A stretch of DNA of 64,000 nucleotides from contig JAHQJS010000006.1 in the NCBI GenBank assembly GCA_019057385.1, forward strand, positions 741,038 to 805,037, written 5' to 3'. Positions 32,201 to 40,839 of the stretch are shown here, piece after piece (position 1 is the first letter of the stretch; the number at the start of each line of letters is the position of its first letter). The notes under the pieces were generated by a model. The model saw only the letters and a program-made list of their open reading frames with translations. It was not told where the DNA came from and ran no database searches. This DNA is from Candidatus Borrarchaeum weybense (GTDB taxonomy: Archaea > Asgardarchaeota > Sifarchaeia > Borrarchaeales > Borrarchaeaceae). A program made the position numbers and the translations under genes.

Positions 32201-32734
32201 GAAAAAGTAGCACCAAGCATCGTTGCTCTAGACGATTTAGAATCAACTAAGTCAATCGCTACACAAGATACTGCAATGTTTATTGCTTCAGAACTAGAAA
32301 AAATACCAAAAGAAACCCCACTTATAGTATTTTGTGAAACGAGTGATCTAGCGGGTATGGAGTATATCATGCCTGTTATAGAATATATCTTGCCTGTACC
32401 GCCGCCTAATGCTGAAGCTCGCAGAGAGATATTGGAAATCAAGACAAAAAAACTAGATCTTGAAAATGTCGATCTTGTAGAATTAGCGAGGCAAACAAAA
32501 TACTTCACAGGAGCGGATCTTGAGAAATTATGTAGGGAAGCATTACGTATTTCATTCACAAAACAGACAAAAGGAAGAATAACTATTTCTATGGATGACT
32601 TTCGCCAAGCATTAGCCAAAGTCGAGCCTAGTCTTTCAGAGGAACAGATAAACAGTTTTCGAAGACAAATGCCAAAAATTCAACAAAACAAATTTCCTTT
32701 AAGAAAGCATGTCTCACAGGACCTTTACAGCTGA
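29228..32734 (+). CDS. Cdc48/p97-clade AAA+ ATPase with four AAA modules
   Basis: Walker A GPDGCGKA, GPPGCGKT, GPPGCGKS, GPPGCGKT; Walker B DEVD, DELE, DELE, DDLE; SRH ATNRPQD.D.AFLRP.RFD in modules 2 and 3. Confidence 0.9.
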   Translation: MGVDERSASFESAQCVHLQDKPYINEDFFKCGVIHELLPSERVDGLCQTKIWRKCEYIYDPTRAWKEGKWRDVVGLDVVKRELVQKVQHPLLFYKKYSTTGVLPQKVILLFGPDGCGKARLSKVLAHESGAHLETLIPREIDRLKTLVEEAKEPTIIFLDEVDMVAQPVEYFQQRSLPLARDPVLVLMDSIETLDETNNPVALIMATDHPKLILRTLLKQDYIPEIMYVPPPTLQEREEIIRKFLKSRPLKDVDFSRLAELTRDFSILDIKKFIRNLELEWLERSFKEPQPVEITMSQLLRQIKDVVPSLSNALISQYEQAAKRWGAMEEELRRKREKKLTWEDVGGYIEVKEQLKDIVAVLEEANETVSQYNLKPPSGIILYGPPGCGKTYIANVLASVTKANFHTVTAGSLLSKWYGEAEQNITELFATAKVDPPSIIFFDELEGLFQTRGEASPVHSRIVSVFLQELSNLTPEDRVIVIGATNRPQDVDMAFLRPRRFDELIGIGLPDLEARKAIFKVHTKDMPLTDDIDLNLLAEKTEMFTGAEIAFICDTARKAVAKEALKSGFRKIKMEDFVQQIIQAKPGLTEDDVRLFNEAQERFGRRKYAPKKKIIEKEKELSWKDVGGYADVKDYMKNLVKILESEELFEKYGLKPPKGLLLYGPPGCGKSYLSKVLAAETDANFKVISAGIMMSKFYGETEKQIHDLFVQARRNPPTILFFDELEGLFVRREAIGTGFSGHKTAVSTLLTELSELKAEDRVLVIGATNRPQDIDPAFLRPGRFDERIGIGPPDLTARKAIFEVHVRGMPLAKDVDFDFLALKTEKYTGAEIEYICNQTRRKVAIEALKSGFREVKMEDFLNQLEVTKSGLSQEDIRLYEEAQERFERQLISISKQKVWEDVTFEQIGGLSEVKEFLKNYVGFLVQHFDTVRTSGLSSRGGIILFGPPGCGKTVLIKAAVRDANVNFFKFSALELRIAGGFNKFSDMLRDAEKVAPSIVALDDLESTKSIATQDTAMFIASELEKIPKETPLIVFCETSDLAGMEYIMPVIEYILPVPPPNAEARREILEIKTKKLDLENVDLVELARQTKYFTGADLEKLCREALRISFTKQTKGRITISMDDFRQALAKVEPSLSEEQINSFRRQMPKIQQNKFPLRKHVSQDLYS

Positions 32735-32766
32735 TTTTGGAAATTCCCCTTTATTTCTTTTGAAAT

Positions 32767-33519
32767 CTAATTTTTTTCTGCTTTTTTTTGCAGATCTTTT
32801 TGAAGTTCAGCGTTTTGATACTTCTCAGGATTCTTTAAATAATCTTCAATAACGGTAAGTTCTGTAGTAGACATTTTATCTGCTAACCAGCCAATTCCCT
32901 TCGATTTAAATAGAATTAGTGAATGAAGAGCAACACCATGTTGTTTTGCAATGTCAGACGCACCTTGTTCTCTATCAAGTAAAACAACCACAGCATTGAC
33001 ATTGACATCTCTTAACCCTCTTCGTTCTACTTCAAACTTTACTTGTTCAATGCCGATAAGTTTGCTATCAAATTTTGTTACTAAATCATCAACAATAACA
33101 AGGCTATCACTATCCGTCAGTTCGCCCTCTAATAGCGCATGCTCACCATATTGCGTTATTACTGTTTGGAGGTCATTTAAAGTTCTAACACCTTCTAATT
33201 TTCGTGTAAATGTAGCTGGGATACCATCAACAATCGTTATTGCTGTTGCGATAGGTATTCCTGCCATTGCAACCCCTACAACTTTGGTTATTCCTGGAAT
33301 CTCTTGCCGAATCATTTTCCCTAAAGCAATTCCAACTTTCTTAAGAAGATCTGGAAAAGAGCATAAAGGACGTAATTGAATATAGAAGGGACTCCATATC
33401 CCTGAGACCAATGTCCAACCTTGCGGCTCATCTCTGTACCATGTCCTGATAAGTCGTTTCTCATATAATAATTCCATTATTTCTTTTCCAAGAAGTTCTT
33501 TTTCTTCAGCCCACGTCAC
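32767..33519 (-). CDS. pyrE: Orotate phosphoribosyltransferase-like
   Basis: LVSGIWSPFYIQLR, GVAMAGIP, VIVDDLVT, LLDREQG. Confidence 0.8.
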   Translation of the reverse strand: MTWAEEKELLGKEIMELLYEKRLIRTWYRDEPQGWTLVSGIWSPFYIQLRPLCSFPDLLKKVGIALGKMIRQEIPGITKVVGVAMAGIPIATAITIVDGIPATFTRKLEGVRTLNDLQTVITQYGEHALLEGELTDSDSLVIVDDLVTKFDSKLIGIEQVKFEVERRGLRDVNVNAVVVLLDREQGASDIAKQHGVALHSLILFKSKGIGWLADKMSTTELTVIEDYLKNPEKYQNAELQKDLQKKAEKN

Positions 33520-33731
33520 GTTTCTGACCTCATTAACAGCGTTTCGAAACTCATCCTTAAAAAAGATAATTTCGTGTTTTCTATTTATATTTTTGATGAT
33601 AAATAAAGGAATTAAATTCTTCAGTAACTCTGTAGTGACAATTCAATATTAGTTTTAGAATATGAGGATTGTGAACATCAAGATTTTTAAAAAGATAATG
33701 AAATACTTTCAATTATACTTGTTAACTGAAA

Positions 33732-34145
33732 GTCAACTACTCCACCCTGAAGGGTAGGGGCTTGAAAAAGTTCCCATAACGGAGTAGGAGATTAGCCTAA
33801 GTGATGTCTCCTCTAGGGTGGAGGCAGATGTGCTCGGTTCGAGGCTGAGTGTCTGAAAATCACCGTGGGATGTCCCCCAGTCCCGCGCTCTGAAAGACAT
33901 GATGGACGCACTAGGTCGTTATCCCGAGACTTACACCATCATCATGTCCTGTGCCTGCCTCAACATTGGCGATGGGGACTTACTCCCTTGGTGTTGGGAG
34001 CGACGGGACTTGAGAGTACCCGTCATTAAAACACCACCTGATGTTAGGTTCACAAACCCCTGTGCTCATAGAAAGGGTTGTGTGAGAAATGCCCGACCTC
34101 AATTTTTCTTCGCCCTGAAGGGCTGGAGTCTACTTGAGGTAATCT
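33732..34145 (+). mobile_element. Non-autonomous IscB-type IS200/IS605 derivative retaining an omegaRNA (HEARO-like) scaffold
   Basis: GTCAACTAC left end plus CCCTGAAGGG hairpin; GGACTTGAGAGTACC (iscB start MRVP) then ORF lost; right-end hairpin near 34110-34140. Confidence 0.8.
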
Positions 34146-34306
34146 TATCAACAATATTTCTTTTTAAGAAATATGTTAGCATTTTCTACAAAGTTAATGC
34201 AATTGTACAAAAGAGTAATGCTTTTATTATAGAACTTACTGCTGTCTTTGAGTCATTGAAATCAAAGAAGCAGAATCATCAACATTCAATAAGGAGTAAA
34301 AGGAAA

Positions 34307-35278
34307 ATGGGTAAGAAGAAAAACAAAACGCGGATTTTTTTTGCTACAGACATCCACGGATCAGAAAGGTGCTTTAAGAAATTTATTAAAGCTGGCGAAT
34401 TTTATAAGACCGATGTATTGATTATGGGTGGCGATATAACAGGAAAAATGGTAGTCCCCATTGTTGATCAAGGTAATGGTACATGGGCAACCAAATTTGC
34501 AGGTTCCTCACATTCTGCTTCCAACAATGACGAACTTGAGGATGTTAAAAAAAGGGTTCGTGCCGCTGGTTTTTATCCATATATCACTAATAAACAAGAA
34601 GTTGAAGAACTTAACGCCAATCCTGAAAAATTAAAGAAGTTATTTGAAGAATTAATGATCGAATCAATGGAAAGATGGATAACATTAGCAACTGAGCATT
34701 TGAAAGACAGCGAAGTAAAGTGTTTTATTTCTGCAGGAAATGATGATACTTATTCAATAGATCCGATTTTGGGTAGTTCGGATGTTGTGATGCATCCAGA
34801 CGAGAAAGTAGTAATGATTGATGACATCCATGAGATGCTCTCCACTGGGAAAAGCAACATGACGCCATGGGCGTGTCCTCGCGATGTAACTGAAGAAGAA
34901 TTAGCAGAGCATATCGATGGTTTAGTAAGTCAAGTAAACGATCTAGAAAAATGTATTTTCAATATTCACGTCCCTCCCTATGGCACAGGAATTGACTCAG
35001 CACCCGAGTTGGACGAGAACCTGAAACCAAAACTTGCTCCAGGTGGAGGTACGATTTCGATTCCAGTTGGAAGTAAAGCAGTTCGCTCTGCAATTGAGAA
35101 ATACCAGCCGTTATTAGGGCTTCATGGTCATATTCACGAATCTAAGGGATATTTCGAAATTGGAAAGACAAAGTGCTTTAATCCTGGTAGCGAATATACT
35201 GAAGGCATACTACGGGGTCTGATTGTAGATGTCGATATTAAAAAGGGAGTAAAAGATTTCATGTTTACCTCTGGTTAA
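34307..35278 (+). CDS. Icc-related calcineurin-like metallophosphoesterase
   Basis: TDIHGS, GGDITGK, GNDD, H.PP, HGHIHES, NPGSEY; true start at 34307 after AGGAG. Confidence 0.9.
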   Translation: MGKKKNKTRIFFATDIHGSERCFKKFIKAGEFYKTDVLIMGGDITGKMVVPIVDQGNGTWATKFAGSSHSASNNDELEDVKKRVRAAGFYPYITNKQEVEELNANPEKLKKLFEELMIESMERWITLATEHLKDSEVKCFISAGNDDTYSIDPILGSSDVVMHPDEKVVMIDDIHEMLSTGKSNMTPWACPRDVTEEELAEHIDGLVSQVNDLEKCIFNIHVPPYGTGIDSAPELDENLKPKLAPGGGTISIPVGSKAVRSAIEKYQPLLGLHGHIHESKGYFEIGKTKCFNPGSEYTEGILRGLIVDVDIKKGVKDFMFTSG

Positions 35279-35291
35279 TTCATAAACTATT

Positions 35292-36146
35292 ATGGTGAAT
35301 GATATGGTTCGAGCAACGCTAGATGACGATGAAATGTTTAAGCATGGATTAAATATAATTGAAGCCGCTGAAAAGCAAGGTGTATACTTAAGGCTACTAG
35401 GGGCTATGGCAATACGAATGCACATTCAAGATACAGAATTCATGGATCTATATGATAAACTGAGTCGTCTTGGTTTAGATGCAGATAAGAAATTCACAGA
35501 TATTGATTTCGTTGCCTACAAAAAACAACTAAAAAACCTCAGGAAAGTCCTTGAAAACGAGTTAGGATTTATTGTTGACCGAATGATGCTCCAGTACTTG
35601 CGGGATCGAGGACGTTTGATTTACTATGAAAAAAACAATGCCTATCATATAGATGTGTTTTTTGATAAACTTGAGTTCTCGCATAATGTTCATTTTGGCA
35701 AGGATCCTAAGAAAGATGGGCGGCTTCATCTTGACTCTCCAACAATCCCACTTGCGGATATAGTCCTACAAAAAACACAAATCCATCGAATCAATGAGAA
35801 AGATATTAAAGATCTCATCATATTGTTGAGAGCACATGACCTCATTGCAACCGATAATACAGATGAAACCAATCTAATAAATATCAAATATATCGCAGAA
35901 GTGTTGGCTAACGATTGGGGTTTCTGGAAAGACGCAACTGAAAACCTTGACAAGGTTAAAAAATTTTCAGAGAAATATTGGAAGGAAGAATTAATTAGCC
36001 AGGAAGATATGACTGACGTATTGAACAAAGTTAACACCATTCTAGAAATCATTAAAAATGAGCCAAAAACAAAGAATTGGCAAAAACGCGCAAAAAAAGG
36101 CGAAAACAAACAATGGTGGAGAGACGTAGAAGAAGTAGAGCGTTAA
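35292..36146 (+). CDS. Nucleotidyltransferase-fold protein (pol-beta superfamily, putative)
   Basis: LRLLGAMAI...TDIDF...IDVF; K.Q....NEKD.KD. Confidence 0.65.
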   Translation: MVNDMVRATLDDDEMFKHGLNIIEAAEKQGVYLRLLGAMAIRMHIQDTEFMDLYDKLSRLGLDADKKFTDIDFVAYKKQLKNLRKVLENELGFIVDRMMLQYLRDRGRLIYYEKNNAYHIDVFFDKLEFSHNVHFGKDPKKDGRLHLDSPTIPLADIVLQKTQIHRINEKDIKDLIILLRAHDLIATDNTDETNLINIKYIAEVLANDWGFWKDATENLDKVKKFSEKYWKEELISQEDMTDVLNKVNTILEIIKNEPKTKNWQKRAKKGENKQWWRDVEEVER

Positions 36147-36223
36147 CTACGTATTTTATCTTCTTATTTCATTTTATTGGTATAGATTAACAAGAATTTA
36201 CGTTTCTAAGTTAAGTGTGATAA

Positions 36224-36478
36224 TTATTTCAATCTTTCTTCTAAAATGGATATTCTTTTTTCAAGAGTTTTAGTATATTCAATAAGAGTCTGTAACAACT
36301 GGGTCGTATTATTCAAGTATTCAAGATGTGCATTCAATTCTTGATTGATTGCAGAAAGGTTTTGTGGTGTAGATGTTTCTGATGATTCCATAGCACTCTT
36401 AATCTCTTCGACTTTGGTGCGAAGCTTGTTCCATGTTGTTTTAAGAGTGTTAAGATAATCTTGGAGGCTTTTTGTCAT
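36224..36478 (-). CDS. Small coiled-coil protein
   Basis: MTKSLQDYLNTLK...LEKRISILEERLK; likely start at 36478. Confidence 0.6.
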   Translation of the reverse strand: MTKSLQDYLNTLKTTWNKLRTKVEEIKSAMESSETSTPQNLSAINQELNAHLEYLNNTTQLLQTLIEYTKTLEKRISILEERLK

Positions 36479-36795
36479 CCTGATCAACCTTTTCGGATAA
36501 TAAAGGACATTCTCTAAACATATTGTAACTTGACTGTTTATATGAGTTCTTGGTTGAGGATTTATCTCACAACATTTAATTTTGTATAATTGAATTTTTA
36601 ATAGCAAGACATTGCATGTTTAAGAAACATGTTTAGAAAACAATGTTTAAAAAATTTTAAACATTTAAATACTCAAAGGCGTTTAGGCTTACAAGAATCC
36701 TATAATCAAGTTATAATAGTAGATATCGCTCATCTATTAACTCAAGGGCTTTATTTTTCTACCTAAATCAAGAAAATGCAAAATGGTGATCATTC

Positions 36796-38424
36796 TTGAC
36801 GATACTCGCATATGTTCTCGCTAGACTCTGCCCTGATACAAGTGAGGAAGTTCTCGAAGACTTAAGCAATTTAGATATGGTTGATGAACTATCAATCATT
36901 CAAGGACCTTACGATGTTTTAATGAAAATTAAAGGGAGAGGTGCCAAAGAAGTCAATACATTTGTCGAAAGCTTAAAAATGATGGACTTCGCGGAAGTAG
37001 TAAAATATCCAAGAGTTCGTACGCTAAAGAAAAAATATGAAACAACGCGTATCGATATGGAAAAGCTATCACCTGAAGAACGTATTGAGAGCTTTGCCGA
37101 AGTTATAAGAGGATATCTATCAGAAGAAGCCATCGAAGAAGCAAGCCGTTGCGTTCAATGCCCGAAGCCATTTTGCGAAACTGGCTGTCCACTAGGTATG
37201 CCCGTTTCTTCTTATCGTGAGGATCTAGATGCTCGTGGCTATTTGGGATTAATAGCTAGCGGGCAGTTTGAAGAGGCATATCGCTTAATTCTCACGACTT
37301 CCCCAATACCCGCTACTCTGGGGCGTGTCTGTCATCATCCCTGTGAGGACTTATGCGTATTAGGTCATAGGGGTGAGCCTGTTTCTATATGTCGACTTAA
37401 GCGATTCGTTGCGGATTATATGTATGAACAGGAAAAACATCTCGCCTATACTACACGTGATATCTTCCGCGAATTCATTAGTGGAGTAGAAAAGAAAAAA
37501 CAACGAGTTGCTGTTATTGGATCAGGACCTGCAGGCTTACAAGTTTCATTTGATCTCGCAGGATTAGGCTATAATATAACACTCTTTGAGGAGCTTGAGG
37601 TTCTTGGGGGCATGTTAAGGTGGGAGATCCCAGAATATCGCTTACCAAAAAGTGTGCTCCAGAAGGAGATTAACAACATCTTGAATCTCGGCATTGAGGT
37701 ACGGACAAATACGCGTATTCAAAATATCGATAATCTTTTTGAAGAAGGCTACGACGCCATTTTTATCGGTGTGGGCGCCCCGATGTCTAAAAGTCTAGGA
37801 CTTCCAGGCGAAGATTTGCTTGGTGTATATCCCGGCGAAGATTTCTTGAAAGACGTAAATCTTGGAAAATATATTGATTTTACCGGAAAAAAGATAGTTA
37901 TAGTCGGAGGAGGAAATACTGCACTCGATTCCGCAAGAACATCACTACGTCTTGGTGCAAAACAAGTATCTATTGTTTATCGAAGAAGGAGACCACAAAT
38001 GCCGGGACATAGTCACGAAATTAGTGATGCAGAAGCTGAAGGTGTCCTTTTATTTTTCCTCGCCGCACCCTTGAAACTTATTGGAGAAGACAAACTTGAA
38101 ATGATAGAATGCATTCGCATGAAACTTGTGGAAGCTGACGAAAGCGGACGACGACGTCCAATTCCAATTGAACACTCTGAATTTTTAATTGAAACAGATG
38201 TGTTTATGCCAGCAATTGGACGGGGTACGGATATCGATTGGCTGAACAGTCTAGAGCTTAGCGAATGGGGTACCATCCCTGTTGATGAATTCGGTGCCAC
38301 GTCACGACCAGGTGTGTTTGCTGGCGGTGATGTAGTCAATGGTGCCTCGGTAGTTGTAGAGGCGTTAGCTGATGGAAAAAGAGCAGCACAAGGTATTCAT
38401 AAGTATTGCCAAGAAAAACTATAA
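36796..38424 (+). CDS. GltD/SudA/NfnB-like Fe-S flavoprotein with N-terminal Lrp/AsnC ligand-binding (RAM) domain
   Basis: AYVL...GPYDVLMKI N-domain; EASRCVQC..PFC..GCP, GRVCHHPCE..C, GSGPAG, GGGNTA, YRR, FAGGD. Confidence 0.88.
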   Translation: MTILAYVLARLCPDTSEEVLEDLSNLDMVDELSIIQGPYDVLMKIKGRGAKEVNTFVESLKMMDFAEVVKYPRVRTLKKKYETTRIDMEKLSPEERIESFAEVIRGYLSEEAIEEASRCVQCPKPFCETGCPLGMPVSSYREDLDARGYLGLIASGQFEEAYRLILTTSPIPATLGRVCHHPCEDLCVLGHRGEPVSICRLKRFVADYMYEQEKHLAYTTRDIFREFISGVEKKKQRVAVIGSGPAGLQVSFDLAGLGYNITLFEELEVLGGMLRWEIPEYRLPKSVLQKEINNILNLGIEVRTNTRIQNIDNLFEEGYDAIFIGVGAPMSKSLGLPGEDLLGVYPGEDFLKDVNLGKYIDFTGKKIVIVGGGNTALDSARTSLRLGAKQVSIVYRRRRPQMPGHSHEISDAEAEGVLLFFLAAPLKLIGEDKLEMIECIRMKLVEADESGRRRPIPIEHSEFLIETDVFMPAIGRGTDIDWLNSLELSEWGTIPVDEFGATSRPGVFAGGDVVNGASVVVEALADGKRAAQGIHKYCQEKL

Positions 38425-38697
38425 ACCCAATATCATCTTTTCATATTTCTTAGACTATTTCTCTATTTTTGATGTGTGATTTATTACACATTTTTCTATA
38501 GAAAAAATGTTTTTCTTTAGAATCATATAAGATCAAATCATTGCTCTAACTCGTGGTTTTTTGAAATTGAAACTTCTCGTTTTTCTTTATGCTGTATAAA
38601 CTATGTATGCAGATTTGTTCATCATCGCACAAGTACATACATTACTTAACAGAGTTATATCATCAATAGCACCCTAGAGCGGGGCAATCAAACCTAA

Positions 38698-39258
38698 ATG
38701 GTGGACAATCAGATGGGTCATCAATTCGTATTTCGTATTTCAGACAGATCAATTGGTTTAATAGGTCTCTGTATAACGGTGATGGGGCTTTTCCTGCCCT
38801 GGATGATCTGGCCAACACCTTACTATGCTCTCCGAGAGCAAGTATACGCTGCAACAGCATCGTGTATTTACCCATATTATACAATCTGGGAATTAGGCAT
38901 CACAGGCGCTGGATGGCAAACTTCAATAGCGACACTGATCGCTGCATACGCACTCTTTACGGAAACAAAACGACGCCCAGGATTTCTGTCAGTCAGTAGT
39001 TTAATGATCTTTTACAATGTAGGGTCGATTCTGGCAATGTTCTTCATGTATTATGATTACTACTATTATTACACACCTGTCATCGGTCCAGGACCCTTCG
39101 TAAGTCTCGTCGGAGGAATATTCTTTTTACTATCTGCCCTGATATCACAAACTCGAAGAAAAAGTGTAAGTTTTTGTAGAAAGTGTGGCTCTAGTCTCTT
39201 GAATTCATATCAGTTCTGTCCCTATTGCGGTGAAGAAACGGATACAGAGCAAGATTGA
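38698..39258 (+). CDS. Membrane protein with C-terminal zinc ribbon
   Basis: About 4 TMs; FCRKCG...FCPYCG. Confidence 0.75.
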   Translation: MVDNQMGHQFVFRISDRSIGLIGLCITVMGLFLPWMIWPTPYYALREQVYAATASCIYPYYTIWELGITGAGWQTSIATLIAAYALFTETKRRPGFLSVSSLMIFYNVGSILAMFFMYYDYYYYYTPVIGPGPFVSLVGGIFFLLSALISQTRRKSVSFCRKCGSSLLNSYQFCPYCGEETDTEQD

Positions 39259-39401
39259 AAACAACACAAAAAGAAACCTTCTTTTTTTCTTATTCTCTTT
39301 TTGATTTCATGAAAATCTAAATAAATCATTTGATCTACCTGTTTTCTTTAGACGAGAACCAATTTCTGTGAAAATAGTCTGAAACTTGATGCGGTGAATC
39401 A

Positions 39402-40484
39402 ATGCATGACGAAATTAATGAAATCATTCAAGATTATGATATGAATAAGATCACAATAGGTACGATTGGCTCTCATTCAGCCCTGAATATTTTTAAAGGG
39501 GCAAAAGAAGAGGGCTTCCGTACTATTTGTCTTTGTAAAGAAGAAGATCAAATTACATATCAAAGATTTCCGGTAGCTGACGAAATAATAATTTTAGATG
39601 ACTTTAAAGAACTGTTAAACCGTGAAGTCCAGGAAAAATTGAGACGCCTAAACACGATTCTTGTGCCTCACGGCTCGTTCATTGCCTATCTAGATCTAGA
39701 CGAGGTCATTAACGATCTGCAAGTGCCTATGTTTGGAAACCGGCACCTTCTGCGGTTTGAATCTAACCGAGAAAAACAGAAAATATGGCTTCAGAAGGCT
39801 GGATTAAAACAGCCTAGAACGTTTACCGCTCCTCATGACATAAATGGGTTGACTATTGCAAAATTTCCAGGCGCAAAAGGCGGAAAAGGTTATTTTCTAA
39901 TAAATACACCAGAAGCCTTCCAAACAAAAGCGAAAGACATGATTGAGAAAGGATTCATGAAAAAAGAAGATATGGACCAGATTTACTTACAGGAGTATAT
40001 TTTCGGTGTGACAATCTATCCTTCTTATTTTAATTCGCGGCTTAACAATGAAGTTGAATTATTATGCGTAGATAGAAGATATGAATCTAGTATAGATAGC
40101 TTAGGGCGAATTTCTGCGAAAGAACAACTGAATATGAATAATCTCACGCCAACGTACACGGTTGTTGGCAATATCCCGATAACCATAAGGGAATCTTTAT
40201 TATCAGAGTATATCCGAATGGGAGATAATGTGACCAAAATTTCAGAAGAAATCGCACCTCCTGGCATCATAGGACCTTTTTGTCTTGAAACTATAGTTAC
40301 AGATGTTCCCGAGATATTTACCTTTGAAATTTCAGCAAGAATTGTTGCAGGAACAAATGTTGGCATAGGAATTTCTCCATATGCTTATGTAAAGCACGGT
40401 GAGGAGATGTATATGGGAAAAAGAATCGCCAAAGAGTTAAAGGTAGCCATCGCAAAGAAGAAACTTAATATGATTGTTACATGA
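39402..40484 (+). CDS. purP: FAICAR synthetase (formate-AICAR ligase)
   Basis: GSHSALNIFKGAKEEGF, PHGSF, GAKGGKGYF, DRRYES, FEISARIVAGTN. Confidence 0.92.
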   Translation: MHDEINEIIQDYDMNKITIGTIGSHSALNIFKGAKEEGFRTICLCKEEDQITYQRFPVADEIIILDDFKELLNREVQEKLRRLNTILVPHGSFIAYLDLDEVINDLQVPMFGNRHLLRFESNREKQKIWLQKAGLKQPRTFTAPHDINGLTIAKFPGAKGGKGYFLINTPEAFQTKAKDMIEKGFMKKEDMDQIYLQEYIFGVTIYPSYFNSRLNNEVELLCVDRRYESSIDSLGRISAKEQLNMNNLTPTYTVVGNIPITIRESLLSEYIRMGDNVTKISEEIAPPGIIGPFCLETIVTDVPEIFTFEISARIVAGTNVGIGISPYAYVKHGEEMYMGKRIAKELKVAIAKKKLNMIVT

Positions 40485-40495
40485 TGGCGGTTAAA

Positions 40496-40554
40496 AGTCA
40501 CATTTATGACCATTTCGGAAAATAGTCACATTTATGACCATTTCGGAAAATAGT
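40496..40554 (+). repeat. Perfect 28-bp tandem duplication
   Basis: AGTCACATTTATGACCATTTCGGAAAAT x2 (40496-40523, 40524-40551) plus AGT. Confidence 0.95.
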
Positions 40555-40566
40555 ACTTAATAGTAG

Positions 40567-40839
40567 GTCAATTACCCCACCTTAAAGGGTAGGGGCTTGG
40601 GTCGTGAGATCTGAGAGCAATTAGTTGATTAGCCTAAGAGAGGTCATATAGTGTATGACGGTATCTACGTTATCAGGAGAGTTAAAGAACACACCAAGGG
40701 ATGCTTCTCTAGTCCCTTGCTCTGTAAACGGTGGTTTAAACAGAGAGGAAACGCTCAGTGATCATCGTAGAGTACTGACTGATAACCTTGGCGAAGAGAA
40801 CCAACCTCCTGTGACGCACGTTAAAGGAGGAGATAGGAC
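40567..40839 (+). ncRNA. IscB omegaRNA scaffold
   Basis: Structured region between left end and iscB; mostly near-identical to 47087-47365(-). Confidence 0.8.

Noticed and set aside
33899-34306. N-terminal extension of the phosphoesterase in the ORF track
   Set aside because: It is read-through of the omegaRNA element; the RBS and motif start are at 34307.
40496-40554. CRISPR array
   Set aside because: Two adjacent copies with no spacer, and no cas genes in the window.
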